Shown here one piece after another: positions 19,591-29,781 of a stretch of 64,000 nucleotides of DNA (position 1 is its first letter; the number at the start of each line of letters is the position of its first letter). The stretch is from an uncultured delta proteobacterium (lineage in GTDB: Bacteria; Myxococcota_A; Polyangia; Polyangiales; Polyangiaceae). Both the position numbers and the translations under genes were made by a program. The notes under the pieces were generated by a model. It was not told the DNA's origin. It ran no database searches and saw nothing but the letters and a program-made list of their open reading frames with translations. The stretch is taken from assembly GCA_963716725.1 (NCBI GenBank), contig CAVQUB010000013.1, positions 408,426-472,425 on the forward strand. The letters run 5' to 3'.

Positions 19591-20364
19591 TCAGGGAGCG
19601 TCGACGGGCCGACTCACGCGCTCGGTGGCGAAGAGCACGAGGGCGAGCAGGCGGCGAAGGGCTTCGCGGTGCGCCGGATCGTCGGGCTCCCAGGGTCTCT
19701 TGCCGCAGGCTTGCAGCGCATTCCTGAGCTCCGGTCGACCCCGCCGCTCGAGCTCGCCGAGCCACTCCGCAGCTTTGGGGTGGTGCGCCTGAACACGAGC
19801 GAGCGTGTCGGCCACGGCCTGCTCGGTGTGGCCGTCGAGCAATGCGTCGAGCACACCGCCGGGCTTGATGCGTGCCTTCTCGTCGTCGTGGGCCTTCAGC
19901 AAGAGCGCGCCATTGCAGCGCACCGCGCAGGCGACTACCCAAGACACCAGTTCGGGGGCATCCCCGGACAGCATCGATGACGCGCGCTTCACGGACATGC
20001 TGAGCTGGGTCCGGCGCTCCTCGGAAAGCTCGGTGTTGGCCAGCTGATCGGCGAACCAATAGGCGAGCAGCAGCAACTGCTGCGCCAACGTCTCGTCTCC
20101 GCCTGAAGGGATCCACGGGGCGGGCCACGCCTGGTCTTTGCACCGCGACCTCCATCGAATCGGCGGCACAGTCGACCCTTGGCGGACGCTGAAGCGCGAC
20201 CCATCGTCGGACGCGGCCGCGGACCCGGGAACCTCCGCGGCTGGCAACTTCGCCGGCGTCTTCGTTTTTCGGGCGCGCGCTTTCGCCGCGACCGTCGCGG
20301 GCGGCGCGTTCGCCTCCGACTTGTCGGAAGGTCGCTTGGCCGAACGCTTCTTGGCCTGGGCCAT
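19591..20364 (-). CDS. Hypothetical protein with basic low-complexity N-terminus
   Basis: ORF starting MAQAKKRSAK with plausible codon usage. Confidence 0.6.
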   Translation of the reverse strand: MAQAKKRSAKRPSDKSEANAPPATVAAKARARKTKTPAKLPAAEVPGSAAASDDGSRFSVRQGSTVPPIRWRSRCKDQAWPAPWIPSGGDETLAQQLLLLAYWFADQLANTELSEERRTQLSMSVKRASSMLSGDAPELVSWVVACAVRCNGALLLKAHDDEKARIKPGGVLDALLDGHTEQAVADTLARVQAHHPKAAEWLGELERRGRPELRNALQACGKRPWEPDDPAHREALRRLLALVLFATERVSRPVDAP

Positions 20365-20426
20365 CGCGCTGATGCTATCGCGTCGGGTCGATGAAGGGCG
20401 AATGTCCTGCGGGCGATCGCGCCGGA

Positions 20427-20742
20427 TCACGCGCTGAAGCAGAGCACGCCGTCGTCGATTGCCCCGTCGCGTAGGCTTCGCTTATCCTCGCTGTAGCTCT
20501 GTGGGTTGAGCCAAGGCTCGCGATCACCCTGCTTCGGGAACAGGTGCATCGCCCGCGCGATGTAGCTGGGAGAAAAATCGGCGATCCAGGGGCGCCCCGG
20601 CATGTCCGCATCGGCGGGTCGCAGGCGCGGGGTGACCGTGCGAGCCCCGACCCGGTCCATGTGGTTCACGAGGCGGCAGACCCGCTCCGACGCCCGAGAG
20701 ACCGCCCCCAACGATGAGCACGTCGAAGTGCTCTAGGTCCAT
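20427..20742 (-). pseudogene. Internally deleted flavin monooxygenase (EthA/BVMO-like) remnant
   Basis: N-terminus [20 protein letters not shown] joined out of frame to the EthA-like C-terminus VCRLVNHMD...DFSPSYIARAMHLFPKQGDREPW...IDDGVLCF. Confidence 0.85.
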
Positions 20743-21818
20743 TTACCGCTCCTCGTCGTTCGTAGCGCGCCGACCCGGTGAACCGAGCTCTCTATGCGGA
20801 TCCGGGCTCGGCGTTCGGCGACGACGGGCGTGGGCTCGCCACTGGTCGCGCTCTCGCGCAAGATCTCCAGCGCCGTGACCCCGAGCGCGTCGATCAGAGG
20901 CCCGGGATCCTCGAGCCCCATCACCGATCGCCCAACGCCTTCGATCACCGCGCCGGCCGAGGCCACCGGATCCGGGACGAAGAGCACGCCGCGATCGGTC
21001 AGGATCTTCGCCGCCGAATCGTCCGCGAGGATGTTGTTGGCCGCGCCGCAGACAGCCCACGCCCTGAGCGTCCGGGCTTCCTCGCCTCCGATGACGCCGC
21101 CCACGGCGCAGGGCGCGAGGATGTCGGTGTTTGCGGCCAAGATCGCCAGGGGATCGACCCGCTCCGCTCCAAGTTCGGAAGCGACCCGCAGGGCTCGGTC
21201 CCGATCGAGGTCGGCGAGCAGGATCCGCGCACCCGCCCCGGCGAGCCGTCGCGCAACCGCCTCGCCGATCACCCCAACCCCCTGCACGGCAACGCACAGC
21301 GAAGCGACAGCGACTCCGCGGGTGCTGGCACAGGCCTCGATGCAGCGCAAAAGGCCCCTCGCAACCGCGTCCGCGAGCCCGGACTCGTCGGTGTGAACGA
21401 AGCGACAGTTCGTCGCCATGGCTTCGAGGTCGCGCTTCGTGGTGCCGAGATCCCCAGCGGTGCGGAACTGCCCGTCGAGCTCGTCGACGAGCTGCCCCAA
21501 TCGCGCGAAGGCCCGCGGGCGATCGAGCTCAGGTTGATCCATCACGACCAGCTTGGCACCACCAGCGTCGAGGCCGGCGAGCGCGCACTTGATGGTCATG
21601 GCCCGGGCCAGCTTCGCGCAGTCCTCAGCCGCGGCCCCGAGGGACGGATAGACGCGCGTGCGCACGCCGCCTGCCGCCGGACCGAGCGTCAGATCATCGA
21701 TCACCAGAATGGCGCGCAGCCCCGACGCCGGATCGCTCCAAAGGCGGCAGCGCGCGCTCCCCCGAGCTTCGAGCGACTCGAAAACGCTCTGCAACTCGGC
21801 GTCTGGGTCTGGGCTCAT
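20733..21818 (-). CDS. Glu/Leu/Phe/Val dehydrogenase (leucine dehydrogenase-like)
   Basis: [37 protein letters not shown]. Confidence 0.9.
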   Translation of the reverse strand: MSPDPDAELQSVFESLEARGSARCRLWSDPASGLRAILVIDDLTLGPAAGGVRTRVYPSLGAAAEDCAKLARAMTIKCALAGLDAGGAKLVVMDQPELDRPRAFARLGQLVDELDGQFRTAGDLGTTKRDLEAMATNCRFVHTDESGLADAVARGLLRCIEACASTRGVAVASLCVAVQGVGVIGEAVARRLAGAGARILLADLDRDRALRVASELGAERVDPLAILAANTDILAPCAVGGVIGGEEARTLRAWAVCGAANNILADDSAAKILTDRGVLFVPDPVASAGAVIEGVGRSVMGLEDPGPLIDALGVTALEILRESATSGEPTPVVAERRARIRIESSVHRVGALRTTRSGKWT

Positions 21819-21828
21819 GGCCAGGCGC

Positions 21829-22335
21829 TCAGGTCTCGCGCAGGTGTGCGGGCAAGAGGGAGCGCCGCGCGCTAGCGGGACCGCCGGCGTCGGTGTGCTT
21901 CCGGACCTCTTCGACCAGCTCTTCGACTCGGTCAGCCTGCACGCCCGCGGCGGCGGCGATCTCGTGAATCAGAGACTTTTCCGCCGCCGAGAGCCCCTCG
22001 CTCGCGAAGGCGATGGCCAAGGCGACTCGGAGGCCAGCCTCCGCGGCGTCGCAATCTTGGAGGATGGCGCCGACCAGGCGGACGCGCGGCTCGACACCTG
22101 CGGTTTTGATCACCTCGACGCTGGCATGGATCAGGGCATCGACCAACTCCCGGGTGAGCGTGGTCTCGAGCAAGGTCTGAAAGACCTCACCGAGCAGCGC
22201 GTGTTCGCGAGCGTCGACGGCGCCATCGGCGTTTGCGACCAGCACACCGATGTCGATGACCGGGGTGGGATTGTAGCCGCCGAGTTCGAACGCGGCGCAC
22301 AGGTCTTCGATGGCAGGGGCAAGGACTTCGTGCAT
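21829..22335 (-). CDS. TerB-like tellurite resistance family protein
   Basis: [11 protein letters not shown] and ASEGLSAAE repeated helical metal-binding motifs. Confidence 0.75.
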   Translation of the reverse strand: MHEVLAPAIEDLCAAFELGGYNPTPVIDIGVLVANADGAVDAREHALLGEVFQTLLETTLTRELVDALIHASVEVIKTAGVEPRVRLVGAILQDCDAAEAGLRVALAIAFASEGLSAAEKSLIHEIAAAAGVQADRVEELVEEVRKHTDAGGPASARRSLLPAHLRET

Positions 22336-22343
22336 GCATCACC

Positions 22344-23090
22344 TCAGGCAACGGGGGGCGGAGGCACCGTCGTCCGGCGCCTGGGTTCGAGCCCGAGGGT
22401 CATCTGGGCGCGCAGAGCTTTGAGCCCGTCCAAGACTTCGGGAGCAGCATCGGTCGCCTCGGCTCTGCGCAGCGTCGCGTCGAGCGTAGCTACCCGCGCG
22501 TGTTGGATCGCGCTCAGCGAATGGGTCATCTGCAAGAATGTCTCGAAGAGATCTTCCAGCTCGTCACCGCGTCGAAGGTGCTCATCCACGACGATGCGCC
22601 CAGTGCTCACGCGACGGAGTAGTCGCTTCAACTTGTACACTGGACCGACGATTCGATGGGTGATCACGATGCCCATCAGCGTGAGCAGGACGAGCAGCGC
22701 GACTCCAGCGCCGATCAGCGCACGCTGGAGGTCCCGGCGATCGCGGCGGATCTCGTGGTGCATACGGTGAACCTCGGCGAGATTCTTCTGCTGCTGCGCC
22801 TCGACCTCTTTGAGCGATTCGTCCATGGCCGCCGCCAGCGGGACGTTGTCGGGCTGCGCCATCTCCACCGCGCCGCGGGCGAGGATGTTGTTGGCCTCCG
22901 ATTCCTTGAAGGCTTTCTCGGCCTGGGACACCGCGATGTCCGCGGTGTCCGAAGCGCGGCTCGCCATGCGGCCGATCAGCACCCCGAGTGAGGTCATCAC
23001 GGCGAGCACGATGACGACGAGATATCCGGTCCACTTCAGTTGGAAGCGCGCGTCGATGAGATAGCGCTTCGTGCGCCGAGCCCGAGCCAT
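22344..23090 (-). CDS. Two-TM membrane protein with HAMP domain
   Basis: YLIDARFQLKW, two TM helices, THRIVGPVY...LRRGDEL. Confidence 0.8.
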   Translation of the reverse strand: MARARRTKRYLIDARFQLKWTGYLVVIVLAVMTSLGVLIGRMASRASDTADIAVSQAEKAFKESEANNILARGAVEMAQPDNVPLAAAMDESLKEVEAQQQKNLAEVHRMHHEIRRDRRDLQRALIGAGVALLVLLTLMGIVITHRIVGPVYKLKRLLRRVSTGRIVVDEHLRRGDELEDLFETFLQMTHSLSAIQHARVATLDATLRRAEATDAAPEVLDGLKALRAQMTLGLEPRRRTTVPPPPVA

Positions 23091-23387
23091 GCCAGCAAAG
23101 TACAACGGTTCACAGGCGGGTCCCAGCTCGGCGTCCGGCTGGCTCGGCGGGCGGCTCAGCCAGCAGTTCCTAGTTCGGAACCAGCTTCATCTTGCAGGCG
23201 GACTCGGCCCGCGGGACCCGGAGCTGAGAGCGAGCTCGGGCGGGCTCGCGGGCAGCGCGCCCCTGGGGCGGCGCCAGGCCCGTGCGCGTTCACCCGTGTG
23301 GACGACCGGGCGCTCCAAAGGCAGTCTCGCTGCCCGGCGCCGGACGTGCGCGGCTGAATCAGCGCGGGCCGGACCAGGCGCGAACAC

Positions 23388-24584
23388 TCACGACAAGAAG
23401 CTCTCGACGGCAGCGTACACCTCGCGACTGTCGAGCAAATCGAGGTGCCCGGTCTCGAACGCCACCAACTGGTGGGCGTCCGGAAAACCCAAGCTGAGCT
23501 CGCGCTTTGGGTGTCGGCCGAGCGCGCTGTCGACGGGCACCAAGCCGTCGCCCAAGAGCTTCTCGGCTGGCTCCTTGGTGGTCGTCCCGGCGATGGCGTA
23601 GCACCGAACTCCGGCCGGAAGCTCCAGGCGAGCCCGGGGATCAGCTTGCAACGCAAAGCGATCATGTCCTTGCCAGTGCTCGTCGAGCACGTTGCCGTGG
23701 CGCAAATCCGTGACGCCAGCGCTGCGGATCTTCCCGAGTCGCGCCAGCGGCGCGCTGTAGGGGGTCGCGCCCAGCAAAACGTCGATCCAATTGCCGCCGC
23801 GTTCGAGGGGTGCGCCGTGGTGCGGTGAGCCGAGGCACACCATCGCGCCGAGCTGGGTTCGCCAGCGGTGTCCGGACGACTCTGCCACGTGGCACGCTGC
23901 GCGCGCGACCAGGCCCCCCATGCTGTGCCCGATCAGGGTCAGCTCTTGGAGCGGTGTCGGCCATTCGGCGACGAGTCTCTCGAGCAGCTCGGAGAACGCT
24001 CGGCCGTTGGTCGAGATATGAAGCCCACTGTTGTATTGCAGGTACACGCAGGTCTTGCCCAGGCTCTTGGCGAGCGCCGCGCCGTGGTCGTGCCCACGCC
24101 GCTCCCACTGGCCGGCGTGCATGCACGAGCCGTGGATGAGCACCACGAGCTCGCCATTCGCGTCAGGCAGCGCTCGATGGATCGCCGCGCGCTCGAGCTC
24201 CAGACCAATGCCGGCGCGACCCAGGCCCATCTCAATGGCCAGCGGGTTTCCTGTCTCGCTCAGGTAGTCGCCGAGCACACCGTTGAGCGCGGCGAGCACC
24301 GCCTCGCGCTCCGGGCCCGGGGCGCTCTGCCCCAAGACGCCGCCCAGCTCGGCCAGCGCGCGGTCGATGCCCACCCCGACCCAATCGGCGACGCCACGAA
24401 TGCCGCCGTAGACGAGGCCGGTGGCGAGGCGCGTCGGGCCTTCGAGCGGGCGGCCCAAGATGGCAGGCCCGCTGCCGATGGCCATATGCATGGCCTCCAC
24501 TAGATCCGTGACCCGCTTGGTCGCCTCGATGGCCAGACGGCTGGCACCGCGCAAATCGTGGACGTGGCTGCGTGGTTTTTTCAC
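23388..24584 (-). CDS. Alpha/beta hydrolase (PGAP1-like lipase/esterase)
   Basis: IHG, GHSMGG nucleophile elbow, GSPHHGAPLE, GDGLVP, GHLDLL. Confidence 0.88.
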   Translation of the reverse strand: MKKPRSHVHDLRGASRLAIEATKRVTDLVEAMHMAIGSGPAILGRPLEGPTRLATGLVYGGIRGVADWVGVGIDRALAELGGVLGQSAPGPEREAVLAALNGVLGDYLSETGNPLAIEMGLGRAGIGLELERAAIHRALPDANGELVVLIHGSCMHAGQWERRGHDHGAALAKSLGKTCVYLQYNSGLHISTNGRAFSELLERLVAEWPTPLQELTLIGHSMGGLVARAACHVAESSGHRWRTQLGAMVCLGSPHHGAPLERGGNWIDVLLGATPYSAPLARLGKIRSAGVTDLRHGNVLDEHWQGHDRFALQADPRARLELPAGVRCYAIAGTTTKEPAEKLLGDGLVPVDSALGRHPKRELSLGFPDAHQLVAFETGHLDLLDSREVYAAVESFLS

Positions 24585-24681
24585 CGATCCTCCTTCACGA
24601 CCCGGACGGGATCGGCGGGATCGGCGTGGCGCAACGCGGAGTAGACGTGATCTTCGAAGGCGGGCATCCCGAGCGGTATTC

Positions 24682-25230
24682 CTAGAACTGATACTCGACG
24701 GTGTTGAGCGACTTTACTTTGTCCCGCCAGGAGATGCCGTGGACCTGCTGCTTGATGCAGGCGACGGCCTTGTCGTTCTTCGGTGTTGCGCTCAGGTCGA
24801 TGCCCACGGCCTTGCCGTCCCAGATGGCCACGCGCAGCTTGAAGTGCTGAGCCGGTGACATCTTGCACGGCTTGTACAGGTTCTCGTCCATCAGCGGTTT
24901 GGCGAGTGACTCTTGCTCGACGTTGACGCGTGGCGTGCCCTGGGGAACCGCGGCGATTGCCTCCTCGACCGAACCGCCTTCCTTGAAGCTGGGCTCGATG
25001 GCAACGGGCTTCTTCTCCGTCTTGCCCTGGTCGCTCGCAAGACCGTCGCCTTGGTCTTCGTCACCGCCCGCCTCCGCCTTTGGCTCCTCGCTCGGCTCGG
25101 CCTTGGCTTCCAGGGTGAGCGGCTCCGGCTCCGCCGGCGATTCGGCCGGCGCCTGATTTCCCCCGCATCCGACCAGAAACCACCCGATGCAGCCCGCTGC
25201 GATGAAGCCCCTCATGACGCGCCGGAGCAT
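24682..25230 (-). CDS. Hypothetical lipoprotein (AgmX/TonB-C-like C-terminal domain possible)
   Basis: Lipobox LVGC, acidic/Pro linker, C-terminal domain with two Cys. Confidence 0.7.
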   Translation of the reverse strand: MLRRVMRGFIAAGCIGWFLVGCGGNQAPAESPAEPEPLTLEAKAEPSEEPKAEAGGDEDQGDGLASDQGKTEKKPVAIEPSFKEGGSVEEAIAAVPQGTPRVNVEQESLAKPLMDENLYKPCKMSPAQHFKLRVAIWDGKAVGIDLSATPKNDKAVACIKQQVHGISWRDKVKSLNTVEYQF

Positions 25231-25266
25231 ATCTCCGCCAACCACCCGCCGTCGAGGGGGCGCGTC

Positions 25267-28200
25267 TCAGACTGCAACGCCGAGCAGGGCGTAGAGTTCC
25301 TTCTTCACTTCCCCACGGCTGACCCGGGCCCGGGCCTCGACGTCGCTCCGTCCAAGCGGCCCGGCCAGACCGATCAGCACACGGCCGACGGTCGTGAGGA
25401 CCAATACGCTCTCGCCCGGGCTGCCGGTCGCGTCCTTGATCATGGCCATGAAGGACATGCGTACCGGGCGCAGCGCTCGGCGCAGCACGTCGACGGCGGC
25501 CACCCGAGCGTCGACGGTCGCGGCACTCAAGGCGCCCGCCGCGGCAGCCCTCAGTTCTTCGCTGGCACCCGTGGTGGTGTTCAGGATGCGGTCGATTCGC
25601 GACACGGCGAGCTGATCGATGAGCCCGGCCTGGCGAAGCCCAGACAGGGCGGCGATACGTACGCCGTCGTCGGTGTCGTTGAGCGCGCTCACGAGGGCGT
25701 CGCGAGCGTGGGCGCCGAGGGCGGATGCCATCAGAGCCGTGGCCGACCGCCGAACCGCTGGCGCCTCGTGGCGCAAAAACTCCGCGATGATCGGCCCGAG
25801 TTTGGGAAACAACCGCTCCGGAAGCGCCCGCAGTAGGTCCTCCGCTTCGTGGGGATTTGAACGGGGTCCCTGGGCCGCGAGCTGTGCGAGTTGTTCGGCG
25901 ACGACGGCGACGCCGGTCTCGCCGACGGACCGGAGCGCCGCGATGAATCGCCCGCGCACGGCCGGATCGTCGCCCTCTCGCTCCCGGGCGACGATCAGCG
26001 AACGTGCTCCGGCCGATCCGGCAAAGTGCAGGATCCCGATGCCGGCGTTGCGCTGATCACCAGTGCCTCGGAGGAGCGCTTGGGCGACGGCCCCGAGCAC
26101 CTCGGGCTCCCGGATGGTTTCGGATGCCCGCGCGGTCAATGCCTCGTGACTGTTGCCCCCGGGTTCGACCCCCCCGGAGAGTTCACGCAGCCGCGCGGCG
26201 GTGGCCCAGAGCGCCGGGCTGTCCTCGCGTCGCGCCAGCACTCGCATCGCGCGACGCACACGTTCGATATCTCGTTCGAAGCCGGGCAGCTCCGGGATCG
26301 ACTGCACCTTGGCGAGTACCTGTACGGCGTCGCGCGACAGATCGAAGGCCAAGAGCTCTGCATCGGCCCACTCTTGGAGGGCAACGGGCAGATCCTCGAG
26401 CTCGAGCACCGAGCCTTCGTAGAACCTCCGGAGCAGATCGTAGGTATCCGGTTCGTCCCGCGCCACCAGGACCTCGGCGAGCGCTCGGGCGATGCCCGCC
26501 TCGAAATCGGCATTGATCCCCGCTCGGCTCGAGAGTTCGTCCAGAACGATCGCCGATACGTCTGCGATCTCTTCCACCGAGAGCGCCTGCAGCACGGCCC
26601 GGCGGACATCCACCTTCGCGACATGGGGCAGGTGCGCGAGCAAGGCGCGAACCTGCCCCAGATTGGCCAGGAGTTCGCGGATCTCTGCGGGCGCGAGCCC
26701 CGCGGTGACGTCGACCACCGCGGTACGAAACGGGTTCGAGTCGCGACCCGCGAGCGCGGCGCCGGCCACGCCGCCCAGATCGAAGACGATGCGAGTCAGC
26801 GCCAGGGCCACGGTCCGGGAGATGTGCACATCGACCGAGCCCACCAGGTCGCTCGCCGCCAGCACGACCACGCCACGGCCCGTGCGCTCCCTGAGTCGAG
26901 TGATGACCTCTCGTGGAGAGAATCCGGTCTCGAAGGCCCAGACCAAGTCCGCCAGCTCGGCGCGACCCACCCCCTCTTTGATGGCCAAGCACGCCACGTC
27001 GTGGTGAGCGAGCACTTCGACGAGGCGACGCACGTAGGGCTCCGCCGTGTGGCCGACCAGCGCGCGGATCTCGTAGGACTCGCCAGTACCGCTCTGCACG
27101 CGCAGGTCGCCCCCGTCGATGGCGCGGGTCAGAAAGCGCACCTCTCCGCGGCCGCCGATCACGGTTCGCGTGGCGGTGGCCAGGCGGTCGAGCGTTCGCT
27201 CGCGTTCAACCTCGTCGGGAACACCGCCCGGAGCGAGGCCAGCCGTCACGGCGATGAATAGCTCGAGGAAGCCGGACTCGGGACTGTCGAGCGACACGCT
27301 GGTCCGCTGGGCGTCCCGTGCGCTCGAACGCGCGTCGACGAGCGCACGCAGGTCGCCCCGCAGATCCCGCGCGGACGGGTAGCGCGCGTCGCGGTTCTTG
27401 GCGAGGGACCGCAAGATGATGTTCTCGAGCCGCGGATCCACTCGCGGGTCGAGCGCCCGCGGGCGCGGTGGCTCGTTGTAGAGCTGCATCTGAACGACGT
27501 CCATCGCGCTCTCGGCGTCGAAGGGCAGCCGGCGCGTCCCAATCTCGAAGAGCATGACTCCGACGGCGTAAACGTCGGCCCGCCCGTCGAGGCGCTCACC
27601 ACGGATCTGCTCCGGCGCCATGTACTGCGGGGTGCCGGCCACCAGATTCACGGCGGAAGCCGCCAACGAGCCATCGTCTTTGCCCGCGCGCGGCGATTCC
27701 ACGGTGGCCAGGCCGAAGTCGCAGACCTTGACCACGTCCACGACGTTGCCGTCTTCGTCAGCGCCGGTCGCGATGATCACGTTCTCGGGCTTGATGTCGC
27801 GATGCACGATGCCCTGCTCGTGGGCAGCGGCCAGCGCAGAGCAGACTTGAATCATCACCTCGATCTCACGCTCGCGGCCCAGCGTTCGCTCGTTGAAGAT
27901 CGTCCGGAGCTCTTTGCCCGTGACGAGCTCCATCACCAAGTAGAGCAATCCGTCGGGCTCTTCCCCAAAATCGAGGACGCGCAGCACATTCGGATGATCG
28001 AGCTTGCTGGCCGCAAGCGCTTCGGCGTGGAACCGCTTGTCGAAGCCCGGGGCAGCGCGAAAGTGAGCGTGCATGACCTTGACCGCCACGGCGCGCCGCA
28101 ACGCAACCTGTTGGGCTCGGTAGACGACGCCGGTGGCGCCGGCCCCCAGGGCCACCTCGATCACGTACTTTCCTCCCGCCACCGATCGCCCCACCAGTGG

Positions 28201-28683
28201 ATCGGCGGTGTCGAAGCGCGGTGGCGCCGAGAGCGCTTGACCCATGCCGGCAACGTGGGGAACCGTCGACAGCTTCCGGTAAGGCGCCTGTGAGGGTGGC
28301 GGCATCTCGAGTTCAATGCGGTTGTCACTCTCCATCCGATCGACGACGGAGAGCATTTCCCAGCGTCCGGGCGCGTACTTCTCGGCGACGCCGGTGCCCA
28401 GGTCATCCGACGCCGAGCAGGCGAGCACCAGCAGTTGCCCGGCATGTGCGTCGTCGAAGGGACGCAGGCGCACCGGGACCATGCCGGCGCTGCCTTCCCC
28501 GTCGGGCTGCCCGAGCAGCACCACCGGGCGCAGTCCCGGCACCCGAAGCTCGAACACGTTCGGGCGCGGACGGACCTTCTGCTCGCCAACGGGAACGAGC
28601 ACGACGTCGCCGCTGAGCGCGGCCTGAACCAAGCCGATCAACTCGGCGTGGTCGAAGAGATCGACAAAGACGACAGGGAGCAA
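25267..28683 (-). CDS. Ser/Thr protein kinase with C-terminal HEAT-repeat region
   Basis: GAGATG, VAVK, HRDIKPEN, DFG, GTPQYMAPE; HEAT-like VRRSA/VRIAAL/LRAAAA repeats. Confidence 0.92.
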   Translation of the reverse strand: MLPVVFVDLFDHAELIGLVQAALSGDVVLVPVGEQKVRPRPNVFELRVPGLRPVVLLGQPDGEGSAGMVPVRLRPFDDAHAGQLLVLACSASDDLGTGVAEKYAPGRWEMLSVVDRMESDNRIELEMPPPSQAPYRKLSTVPHVAGMGQALSAPPRFDTADPLVGRSVAGGKYVIEVALGAGATGVVYRAQQVALRRAVAVKVMHAHFRAAPGFDKRFHAEALAASKLDHPNVLRVLDFGEEPDGLLYLVMELVTGKELRTIFNERTLGREREIEVMIQVCSALAAAHEQGIVHRDIKPENVIIATGADEDGNVVDVVKVCDFGLATVESPRAGKDDGSLAASAVNLVAGTPQYMAPEQIRGERLDGRADVYAVGVMLFEIGTRRLPFDAESAMDVVQMQLYNEPPRPRALDPRVDPRLENIILRSLAKNRDARYPSARDLRGDLRALVDARSSARDAQRTSVSLDSPESGFLELFIAVTAGLAPGGVPDEVERERTLDRLATATRTVIGGRGEVRFLTRAIDGGDLRVQSGTGESYEIRALVGHTAEPYVRRLVEVLAHHDVACLAIKEGVGRAELADLVWAFETGFSPREVITRLRERTGRGVVVLAASDLVGSVDVHISRTVALALTRIVFDLGGVAGAALAGRDSNPFRTAVVDVTAGLAPAEIRELLANLGQVRALLAHLPHVAKVDVRRAVLQALSVEEIADVSAIVLDELSSRAGINADFEAGIARALAEVLVARDEPDTYDLLRRFYEGSVLELEDLPVALQEWADAELLAFDLSRDAVQVLAKVQSIPELPGFERDIERVRRAMRVLARREDSPALWATAARLRELSGGVEPGGNSHEALTARASETIREPEVLGAVAQALLRGTGDQRNAGIGILHFAGSAGARSLIVAREREGDDPAVRGRFIAALRSVGETGVAVVAEQLAQLAAQGPRSNPHEAEDLLRALPERLFPKLGPIIAEFLRHEAPAVRRSATALMASALGAHARDALVSALNDTDDGVRIAALSGLRQAGLIDQLAVSRIDRILNTTTGASEELRAAAAGALSAATVDARVAAVDVLRRALRPVRMSFMAMIKDATGSPGESVLVLTTVGRVLIGLAGPLGRSDVEARARVSRGEVKKELYALLGVAV

Positions 28684-28718
28684 TTCTCGGTCATCTTAGC
28701 GGAAAACGCCCAGGCGGG

Positions 28719-29702
28719 TCAGCGCCACCGTGCAAGGAGTGCGTCGAGGGACCCCAAGAAGGGCACTCGTCCGTGGGCCAAGACGTCGAGGTCGTCTTGC
28801 ATTCGTGACCGCACTCGCTCGTAGGAGCCGGCGAGTGCCTCGGGATCGCGCGGATCGACGTCACCGAGAAGGATCGGGCTGCCGAAGCGGAGCGAGGTCT
28901 GCGCCGGGAGCGGAATGTACGGAAGAAACCCGCTGGTGATGCCCCAGGGCAGGGAGAACACTATGGGAAATACCTCGGCGCGCAGGCGGCGCTTGAGACC
29001 CAGGGCGCGAGCGAGCCGGTCACCCCGCGAGAGCACTATGAACTGCTCGTGGGTCCCAACGCTCACCACCGGGATGATGGGCACCCGGTGTCGGAGTGCC
29101 AGCTCGAGGAAACCGGTTCGCCCGCCGAGCTCGATCCGGTGACGATGGCTGAAGCGGCGCGTGGAGTCCAGATCGGACCCCGGATAGACCAAGACCAAGC
29201 GACCTCGGTCCAGCGCCCGCGACGCCGCCTCGTGATCGGCCCGGAGCGCGCCGAACCGGACGGCCAGCTCGCGCAGACGCTGCCGCTGGAACAAGATGTC
29301 GTGAGCCAGTGGGTGAACGATGCGCTCGGGGCCAACGCGATCCCGAATCGCTACCACCGTCAGCAGGCTGTCGAAGGTCTGGAGGCCACCGTTGTGGTTG
29401 CCAACGAGCAGCGCCGGCCCGTCCACGGGCACGTTCTCGACGCCCGACGCGGTCCAACGGAAGTATCGCTCGCCGATGGCCCGAGACAGGTCGAGGACGA
29501 GCTCGACGAGCTCGGGATCGCGGGCGTCGATGCCGTCGGCGCCGCCCCGGACCTGGTGCCGTCCGGTCGCGAGGTCCAGCGCCGCTCCGATCAGGCCGCC
29601 CGGGCCGAGCTCCCAGAAGTCGCCGGGCCGGAAATGTTCAGAGGCCCGCTCCCGCCACTCATCGAAGGAGAACTCGCCACTCACCCAGCTTTCATAGCGC
29701 AA
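28719..29702 (-). CDS. Lysophospholipid acyltransferase family protein (PlsC-like)
   Basis: LLVGNHNGG...D, LVYPG, VPIIPV. Confidence 0.88.
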   Translation of the reverse strand: MRYESWVSGEFSFDEWRERASEHFRPGDFWELGPGGLIGAALDLATGRHQVRGGADGIDARDPELVELVLDLSRAIGERYFRWTASGVENVPVDGPALLVGNHNGGLQTFDSLLTVVAIRDRVGPERIVHPLAHDILFQRQRLRELAVRFGALRADHEAASRALDRGRLVLVYPGSDLDSTRRFSHRHRIELGGRTGFLELALRHRVPIIPVVSVGTHEQFIVLSRGDRLARALGLKRRLRAEVFPIVFSLPWGITSGFLPYIPLPAQTSLRFGSPILLGDVDPRDPEALAGSYERVRSRMQDDLDVLAHGRVPFLGSLDALLARWR

Positions 29703-29781
29703 AACACCCCACGTTTCGCGCTCCGCTTTCGGCGAGGCCCGCCGCGGCCCATGGCCGGGCGCCGCCCCTCGCGTTCGGCCC

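Noticed and set aside
23105..23388. Possible small gene or metal-binding remnant (…CKMKLVPN*) in the intergenic gap
   Set aside because: No convincing start, and the motif is incomplete.
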